Below, in pieces: positions 58,208 to 64,000 of a stretch of DNA of 64,000 bases. The stretch is taken from positions 24,850 to 88,849 of the forward strand of contig CALJTV010000009.1 of NCBI GenBank assembly GCA_937975645.1. The letters are read 5' to 3'. Every line of letters begins with the position of its first letter. The first letter of the stretch is position 1. The position numbers and the translations under genes are program-made. Source of the stretch: an uncultured Dehalococcoidia bacterium (GTDB lineage Bacteria; Chloroflexota; Dehalococcoidia; GIF9; UBA5629). Below the pieces are notes generated by a model that did no database searches, was not told the origin of the DNA, and saw only the letters and a list, made by a program, of their open reading frames with translations.

Positions 58208-59440
58208 TCATGGTTCGAACCTACTTATTGCTAGGACAGAGTTATGTCCTCCGAACCCGAAAGAGTTGGACAGGGCAAGCCGCACATTTTTCTCCCTTGC
58301 CTTTCTGGGCACATAGTCCAGGTCGCATTCAGCGTCTGGGTATTCGAGGTTTATAGTCGGTGGGATTATGCCTTCGGCTATCACTTTACAGCAGATGATG
58401 GCTTCTACCGCACCGGCGGCGCCAAGCATGTGCCCTACCATCGATTTTGTTGAGCTCACAGGTATTTCATAAGCCTTTTTGCCGAAGACCTTCTTAATTG
58501 CCCTAGTCTCGGTGACGTCGTTCAACGGCGTTGATGTGCCATGGGCGTTTATGTAGTCAACGTGGTCGCAGTCCAGCCCCGCCAGCGAAAGCCTTATTGC
58601 TCTGGCAGCCGCCTCTGCATCTTCAGCAGGCTGTGTTATGTGGAAAGCATCCGATGTGGCACCGTAGCCAACTATTTCAGCGAGTATAGGGGCGCGCCTT
58701 GCCAGTGCGTATTGCAAGCTTTCTAGCACTATGATCCCAGCGCCTTCTCCAATGACGAAACCATCGCGCTTGGCATCAAATGGCCTTGACGCCTTTGCCG
58801 GGTCGGGGTTTTTTGACAATGCGCCAGCTTGGGCGAAACCGGCGATACCGATAGGGGTTATCGTGGCGTCTGTCCCACCTGCGATCATCACTTTGTAAGC
58901 ACCGCATCTGATTAGCTGGTAGGCCAGTCCTATAGCGTCGGCACCGGTAGAACAAGCGGTGGCCAGGCTGAAATTGACCCCCTTGATTCCAGAGATGATC
59001 GATAGACGGCTTGGAGCATTGTCAGCTATCATCATGGGAATCAGGTAAGGGCTGACCCTGCTTGGACCCCTAGTGTACAGGACCTCCATCTGCCGTGACA
59101 GCGTGGCTAAACCACCGATGCCGCTTCCAATAACGATGCCGATATCGTACCTGTTGTTATCGTCCACTTTGAGTTTGGCATTGTCCATAGCCTGCAGGCT
59201 AGCAGCGACAGCAAAGTGAGTGAACCTGTCAGTGTATTTGGCAGTCGATGGGTCAAGATATTTGAGCGGGTCGAAGTCCTTTACCTCTGCTGCTATCCTG
59301 ACGGGAAAGTTAGTGGCGTCAAACAAGGAGATGTAGCCCACCCCGCAGTTGCCGGTTATCAGGTTTTGCCAGGTGTCCTCAACGTTCGTGCCCAGAGGGG
59401 TGACCGCCCCATACCCGGTTATTACCACTCGGTTCTCCAT
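58208..59440 (-). CDS. fabF: beta-ketoacyl-ACP synthase II
   Basis: KAS active-site Cys (ATACSTGA), His residues (YINAHGTSTPLND) and GHMLGAAG. Confidence 0.9.
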   Translation of the reverse strand: MENRVVITGYGAVTPLGTNVEDTWQNLITGNCGVGYISLFDATNFPVRIAAEVKDFDPLKYLDPSTAKYTDRFTHFAVAASLQAMDNAKLKVDDNNRYDIGIVIGSGIGGLATLSRQMEVLYTRGPSRVSPYLIPMMIADNAPSRLSIISGIKGVNFSLATACSTGADAIGLAYQLIRCGAYKVMIAGGTDATITPIGIAGFAQAGALSKNPDPAKASRPFDAKRDGFVIGEGAGIIVLESLQYALARRAPILAEIVGYGATSDAFHITQPAEDAEAAARAIRLSLAGLDCDHVDYINAHGTSTPLNDVTETRAIKKVFGKKAYEIPVSSTKSMVGHMLGAAGAVEAIICCKVIAEGIIPPTINLEYPDAECDLDYVPRKAREKNVRLALSNSFGFGGHNSVLAISRFEP

Positions 59441-59450
59441 ATCGACAGCG

Positions 59451-60710
59451 CTATATTCCCTCTAGCTTTTTTAGTACCAGGACAGCGTTGACGCCGCCGA
59501 AGCCGAAAGAATTGGAGACAACGATGTCCACATTAGCCCTTCGTGCTTTGTTGGGCACGTAGTCAAGATCGCACTCTGGGTCTGGGGTCTCATAGTTAAT
59601 GGTGGGTGGGATCACCCCGTCCCTGATAGTGAGGAGTGAAAAGATAACTTCTACGGCACCGGAACCTCCCCACATGTGTCCTGTCATGGACTTATTGGAG
59701 CTGACCGCCAGTTTTCTAGCGTGGCTAGCGAAGACCTTTTTAATAGCCTTAGTCTCGGCAACGTCATTGAGCACCGTGGAGGTACCGTGTGCGTTTATAT
59801 AGTCTACATCTTCGGGGGCTATGCCAGCGTCTCTGAGTGCCAGGCGTATACATTCCGCTTGACCTTCCCCGTTCGGTGTCGGTGAAGTATAGTGGTAGGC
59901 ATCGCAGTTCCTGGCAAATCCGATGACTTCACCGTATATTTTGGCGCTTCTCCTCAGCGCTGTATCCAATGCTTCTAGTACGACTACCCCACTTCCCTCG
60001 CTGGTTACGAAGCCGTCTCGTTTGGCATCGAAAGGCCGGCTGGCCTTTTCCGGCTCATTGTTCCACCTGGTGGCGAGCGCACCCAGGTTGTCAAGAGAAG
60101 CGATACAGGTGGGTGTGACGCCGGCGTCAGCGCCACCGGCGATGACCATATCAGCCTCTCCGTTCTGGATGAGCCTAAAGGCGATGCCTATGGCACTTGT
60201 CCCTGCGGCACAGGCCTCCATAGGACAATGGTTGGGACCTTTAGCCCCGAACCTGATAGCCACCACTGCTGAGACCATATTTCCCGAGTCGTTGAGCAGG
60301 AAAAACGGTGGTACCTTATTCAATTTTCCCTGTAGCACCAGCCTGTGGGCATTTTCAAAGTATGAGTTGGTGCCACACGCTGTCCCGATCACCACTCCTA
60401 CACGATTTGGGTCATACTGCCCCGGTCTAAACTCAGCATCCTGTAAAGCCATTACAGACGCCGCCATGGCATACTGAATGAATGGGTCGAACCGCTTGAC
60501 AAATTTTTCGTCCATAAAGTCTCTGGCATGGAAGTCCTTAACCTCACCAGCTATTTGGCACCTTAGAGATGAAGCGTCAAAACGAGTGATTGGTCCGATG
60601 CCAGATTTTCCTTTGCAGAGGGCTGACCAGTTACTGTCTACATCTGTACCCAGAGGGGTCACCATCCCCACACCTGTTATGACCACCCGTCGTTTTTCCA
60701 CCTGAGCCAA
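59451..60710 (-). CDS. beta-ketoacyl-ACP synthase II paralogue
   Basis: 419 aa with the same KAS motif set (ACAAGTSA; YINAHGTSTVLND; GHMWGGSGA). It is tandem to fabF. Confidence 0.9.
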   Translation of the reverse strand: MAQVEKRRVVITGVGMVTPLGTDVDSNWSALCKGKSGIGPITRFDASSLRCQIAGEVKDFHARDFMDEKFVKRFDPFIQYAMAASVMALQDAEFRPGQYDPNRVGVVIGTACGTNSYFENAHRLVLQGKLNKVPPFFLLNDSGNMVSAVVAIRFGAKGPNHCPMEACAAGTSAIGIAFRLIQNGEADMVIAGGADAGVTPTCIASLDNLGALATRWNNEPEKASRPFDAKRDGFVTSEGSGVVVLEALDTALRRSAKIYGEVIGFARNCDAYHYTSPTPNGEGQAECIRLALRDAGIAPEDVDYINAHGTSTVLNDVAETKAIKKVFASHARKLAVSSNKSMTGHMWGGSGAVEVIFSLLTIRDGVIPPTINYETPDPECDLDYVPNKARRANVDIVVSNSFGFGGVNAVLVLKKLEGI

Positions 60711-60715
60711 CTGAC

Positions 60716-60967
60716 CTAACTCGTTTTCTCTACCTTCAGTTTTGATTCAATCAGTGCCACTATGTCCCCCACAGTGAAAATATCCCCCATCTCCTCGTCC
60801 TGAAGGTAGAGTCCTAGTTCGTCTTCAAGCGCCAGCGCCAGTTCCACCCTGTCCAGGGAGTCGAGGTCCAGGTCTTCCTTCAGCAGGGCAGCTGGGACTA
60901 TCTTGCTTTCGTCAAGCCCCGGTTCCACCTTACAGATTGCTTTTTTGACCAGCTCAAATACATCCAT
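60716..60967 (-). CDS. acpP: acyl carrier protein
   Basis: 83 aa with phosphopantetheine attachment motif LDLDSLDRVEL. Confidence 0.9.
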   Translation of the reverse strand: MDVFELVKKAICKVEPGLDESKIVPAALLKEDLDLDSLDRVELALALEDELGLYLQDEEMGDIFTVGDIVALIESKLKVEKTS

Positions 60968-61184
60968 TCTTCGCTCACCTCCGGACAGGTCCTGATATGC
61001 GTTTATTTAGCTTATCCTGTTTTTCTTGTGTCCACAAGGCACTTCTGAGCCCGTGCTCCGGTCCGTCTGGCTGTACAAAAGTTGGGGGACTTGCGTCCTT
61101 TGTGCTATGAGAATACAATTTAGGCGGTAAGGGCGTGCATTCTTGTCAATGCTGGTGTAGCTGTCGGGAAACGAGTGGGCATAG

Positions 61185-61856
61185 ATGGACCAGGGAAAGA
61201 TTACTGTTTTGATAGTGGACGACCATCCTCTCATGTGTCAGGCACTCCGCGCTGTCTTGGAAAAGGAGTCTGATATCGAGGTTGTGGGTGAGGTGGGAGA
61301 CGGAGCTAGCGCTTTGGCATTGGCTGAGAAGTTGCGTCCTGATGTGGTGATTATGGATATAAGCCTTCCCGGAATGGACGGTGTCGAGGTGACACGGCAG
61401 CTGAGAATGGTCTCCCCTGATACAGCGGTGCTGGCGCTGACCGTCCATGATGATGACGCCACCATCGCTGAGGTATTACTTGCTGGTGCGCTAGGGTATT
61501 TGACCAAGGGTGTCTTCGATGTAGAAGTAGTGCGGGCAGTGCGCACGGTCGCCGCCGGTGATATGGTGCTGTCACGACCAATCGGCAGGTCGCTGTTGCG
61601 GCATGTACCCCGGTACCGACCGCCCCGTCTGTCCCTGGACTCGGGCGAGGTACTGACACCTAGAGAGCTGGAGGTCCTAAGGTTGGTGGCTTGTGGACTG
61701 CCCAATAGCGATATAGCTACCACCCTGGGCCTGAGCGTAAGGACTGTGAAGGGATACCTGACAGCTATTTTTTCCAAACTGGGAGTGGGCAGCCGTACTG
61801 AGGCGGTGGCTTTTTGTTTGCAGAAGGGCATTATATCGATGGACGATATTCGATGA
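61185..61856 (+). CDS. NarL/FixJ-family response regulator (REC domain and LuxR HTH)
   Basis: Canonical REC (LIVDDHPLM...VIMDISLPGMDG...YLTKG) and LuxR HTH (LTPRELEVLRLVACGLPNSDIATTLGLSVRTVKGYL). Confidence 0.85.
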   Translation: MDQGKITVLIVDDHPLMCQALRAVLEKESDIEVVGEVGDGASALALAEKLRPDVVIMDISLPGMDGVEVTRQLRMVSPDTAVLALTVHDDDATIAEVLLAGALGYLTKGVFDVEVVRAVRTVAAGDMVLSRPIGRSLLRHVPRYRPPRLSLDSGEVLTPRELEVLRLVACGLPNSDIATTLGLSVRTVKGYLTAIFSKLGVGSRTEAVAFCLQKGIISMDDIR

Positions 61857-62965
61857 AGGCGAAAGAACCGCGTATCTGGCTGGCTACAGAGGTTTTCGGT
61901 GACAGGGCGAAGCAGGTGCTGTTGACGCCCCACTTCTGGGGCATTGTCTTCATAATGGCGGGGCTTATCACGCTGTACAATGCCAGCTCGCTGGGAGTGG
62001 AAAGGTGGTTCCCGCTATTCACCGATGTTTTCAAGTTTAGAGGCGTTTACGCATTTGTGCTCAGCTTTCTCTTCTTGTTCCCCATCCTCTATGCTGGCGC
62101 GGTATTTCGCGTCCGTGGTGTTTTCGGTACTTGGGCAGCATCTATTGCAGCCACTTTACCGCAACTATTGAAGGAGGCCCCGGACCTAGCATTCTGGCTC
62201 GGTGTGGGGCTTTTCCATCTGGCTTCTCTACTGCTGGGCTTGCTGGTGGCGCTGGACTACAACCCAGTCTCAACTCGCTCGGTGACAAGGGCCGCGAGGA
62301 CTGTCGGGCGCCTGCCCATAAGCCAGATCGTCAAGGTCCATGAGTACCAACGGAGGCACTTGGCAAGGGAGCTACATGACCGAGTGATCCAGTCGTTGCT
62401 GGTGATTGCTAACCGTATACATGCACTGGAGACTGGTAACCATGGGGAAGTACCTCCGGAGGCTAAAAGGCAGATGGAAGAGGTCTTGGTCATGCTCCTA
62501 CGCACTGTGGATGATATTCGGAGGTTGAGCTACGGGCTTGGTTCCAGGATACTGGACAATGCTGGGTTATTGCCGGCATTGCGCTGGCTAGCTGACCAGG
62601 TGAGCAATCAGAGTGGAGTCAGGGTCGAGGTGAGGGTAAATGGTAGGGAGCACAGGTTGCCGCCGGAGCTGGAACTCGTCCTGTTCCGTGTAGTGCAAGA
62701 GGTATTGCGCAATGTGGTCACTCATTCCAAAGCTTCCCTGGCTGTGGTCACGCTCGACTTTCTTTCCAGCGAGTTCCAGGTGACTGTTGAGGACAATGGC
62801 TGCGGCTTCTCCGTGCCGGAAAGGTTGGGCGACCTGGTATCGCGTGGCAAGTTGGGCTTGGCAAGGATTGAGCAGGAGGTGAGGTTGTTGGGTGGGGTCT
62901 TTGATCTCCGTTCTACCCCTGGCAAAGGGACTGTGGTAAAAATCCAGATAAAAGCCTGGCCCTGA
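61853..62965 (+). CDS. sensor histidine kinase (HisKA_3/HATPase_c, NarX/DesK-like) with N-terminal membrane domain
   Basis: H-box ARELHDRVIQSL and ATPase domain (GFSVPE...GLARIEQEVRLLGG). Four or five TM helices at the N-terminus. Start ATG overlaps the regulator stop (ATGA). Confidence 0.8.
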   Translation: MKAKEPRIWLATEVFGDRAKQVLLTPHFWGIVFIMAGLITLYNASSLGVERWFPLFTDVFKFRGVYAFVLSFLFLFPILYAGAVFRVRGVFGTWAASIAATLPQLLKEAPDLAFWLGVGLFHLASLLLGLLVALDYNPVSTRSVTRAARTVGRLPISQIVKVHEYQRRHLARELHDRVIQSLLVIANRIHALETGNHGEVPPEAKRQMEEVLVMLLRTVDDIRRLSYGLGSRILDNAGLLPALRWLADQVSNQSGVRVEVRVNGREHRLPPELELVLFRVVQEVLRNVVTHSKASLAVVTLDFLSSEFQVTVEDNGCGFSVPERLGDLVSRGKLGLARIEQEVRLLGGVFDLRSTPGKGTVVKIQIKAWP

Positions 62966-62975
62966 GCGCTGGGGG

Positions 62976-63875
62976 CTAATGCTCTTCTTTCGGCAAGCAG
63001 ACTTTTCTCCCCACGGTCTTGGCTATTCGCGCCAGCTCTCTGATCAGCAGCACAAGTTCACTTGTTGATATGGTCTGTTTTGCATCGCTTACCGAGTCCG
63101 GCGGTGAATAATGGGTCTCGATGATGACGCCGTCGGCACCACACGCTATGGCTGCCCGGCTCATCGCCGGCACCAAGCGGGCATTACCTGTGCCGTGGCT
63201 AGGGTCAACAATTATGGGTAGATGCGTCATCTCTTTAAGGTAGGGGACGGCGTTCAGGTCGAGCGTGAACCGCAGTTCACTGGGCAGCCCCCGTATACCC
63301 CGTTCGCAGAGTATAACCTGTCTGTTCCCTTCAGCCATTATGTATTCCGCTGCCAATAAGAACTCCTCATAGGTGGCAGACAGCCCTCGCTTGAGCAAAA
63401 TGGGCTTATTAATTTTTCCCACCTCGCGGAGCAGTGGGTAGTTCTGCATGTTTCGGGAGCCTATCTGGAGGCAGTCAGCATACCTTGCTACGAGTTCGAC
63501 ATGGCGTGGGTCGAGCACCTCGGTGACCACCTTCAGTCCCGTTTCCCTTGCTGCTTCCCTAAGGTATTGCAGTCCAGTTTCCCCAAGCCCCTGAAAATCA
63601 TACGGCGAGGTGCGTGGCTTGAAGGCGCCGCCACGCAGCAAGTTGGCACCTGCAGCCTTTACCTCGCGGGCGATGCGCAGTATCTGCTCAGCGCTTTCCA
63701 CAGAGCAGGGACCAGCGATTATTGCTAGCTCCTTGTTGCCCACCTTCACGCCATCTATGTCAACTATTGTCCTAAAGCTCTCACAGTTTCTGGTATGCAG
63801 GTATGCAGTGCCCCTGCTTCTGGTGGCGGTGAGTACCGCCGGTTGTTTTGAGCTGGCATTTTTCTGGGTAATCAT
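62976..63875 (-). CDS. 3-deoxy-7-phosphoheptulonate (DAHP) synthase, class I-beta
   Basis: Contains IAGPCSVES...LRGGAFKPRTSPY...GSRNMQN blocks of the AroA(I-beta)/KDO8PS-like family, with an N-terminal extension of about 55 aa. Confidence 0.85.
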   Translation of the reverse strand: MITQKNASSKQPAVLTATRSRGTAYLHTRNCESFRTIVDIDGVKVGNKELAIIAGPCSVESAEQILRIAREVKAAGANLLRGGAFKPRTSPYDFQGLGETGLQYLREAARETGLKVVTEVLDPRHVELVARYADCLQIGSRNMQNYPLLREVGKINKPILLKRGLSATYEEFLLAAEYIMAEGNRQVILCERGIRGLPSELRFTLDLNAVPYLKEMTHLPIIVDPSHGTGNARLVPAMSRAAIACGADGVIIETHYSPPDSVSDAKQTISTSELVLLIRELARIAKTVGRKVCLPKEEH

Positions 63876-63891
63876 TTTCCCCTCCTGGGAC

Positions 63892-63927
63892 TAAAAACTA
63901 AGGACCCTCCTGCTTAGGAGGGTCCTT
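63892..63927 (-). terminator. GC-rich hairpin plus U-tract (intrinsic terminator or leader attenuator) about 17 nt upstream of the DAHP synthase RBS
   Basis: The minus strand reads AAGGACCCTCC-uaagca-GGAGGGTCCTT followed by AGUUUUUAG, then the GGAGG RBS and ATG at 63875. Confidence 0.5.
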
Positions 63928-64000
63928 TCGTGCTTCTAGACTATCAGGGTATATTAGGCTGATGCCCTCCCAAGCCCGGGGAAAGGCGGGCTAAACCAGA

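Noticed and set aside
58211-58221. GGTTCGAACC, resembling a tRNA T-loop consensus, near an intergenic gap.
   Set aside because: It is a perfect palindrome that falls inside the last codons of fabF (…RFEP stop). No acceptor or anticodon arms can be formed around it, so it is not a tRNA.
1-64000. Search for mobile elements, integrases, toxin-antitoxin or defence systems.
   Set aside because: No transposase or integrase-like ORFs, IS inverted repeats, tRNA-adjacent att-like repeats, restriction-modification genes or Cas genes were recognisable. The gene content is core metabolism and housekeeping throughout.

Overview
This 64 kb window is a gene-dense, non-mobile chromosomal region from a strictly anaerobic bacterium. 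Its gene content and order are most consistent with a Chloroflexota/Dehalococcoidia-like lineage (inference only; there is no rRNA in the window to confirm this). I saw no tRNA, rRNA, CRISPR array, transposase or integrase.

The centre of the window (about 2.3-34.5 kb) is a metabolic supercluster for hydrogen-driven Wood-Ljungdahl (reductive acetyl-CoA) carbon fixation. It contains the following, in order:
- A tungstate/molybdate ABC transporter (tupABC) preceded by a candidate Moco/Wco riboswitch.
- The full [NiFe]-hydrogenase maturation set (hypA, hypB, hypF, hypC, hypD, hypE), with an unexpected cysteine-rich lipoprotein gene inserted between hypC and hypD.
- A Tat-less (cytoplasmic) [NiFe] hydrogenase small/large subunit pair with its maturation protease, directly fused to metV-metF (methylene-THF reductase).
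- An atypical orphan LuxR-type regulator.
- acsE (methyltransferase), acsD (corrinoid Fe-S protein small subunit), an archaeal-type CODH/ACS (cdhA, an unknown gene, cdhB, cdhC) and acsC/cdhE.
- A NuoE/NuoF-like flavoprotein pair.
- cooC plus a DUF3786-like gene.

The flanks carry housekeeping genes:
- trpE-trpG behind a T-box leader with a Trp specifier.
- plsX and hspR-clpB.
- mutL-uvrD.
- A nucleotide kinase and dCMP deaminase pair.
- hbd, two FAH-family hydrolases, queH and an ACT-domain malic enzyme.
- ychF, then rpsF-ssb-rpsR joined to rpmH-rnpA-yidD-[beta-propeller lipoprotein]-yidC-jag-ileS.
- htrA.
- A fab cluster (crotonase, fabD, fabK, two fabF paralogues, acpP).
- A NarL-type two-component pair and a DAHP synthase behind a leader hairpin.

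The most interesting leads are:
- The physical hydrogenase-MetVF link.
- The unknown gene embedded between cdhA and cdhB.
- The foreign lipoprotein inside the hyp operon.
- The acidic-pocket-less regulator upstream of the pathway.
- The orphan NuoEF module.
- A perfect 25-bp tandem duplication in the malic-enzyme promoter region.
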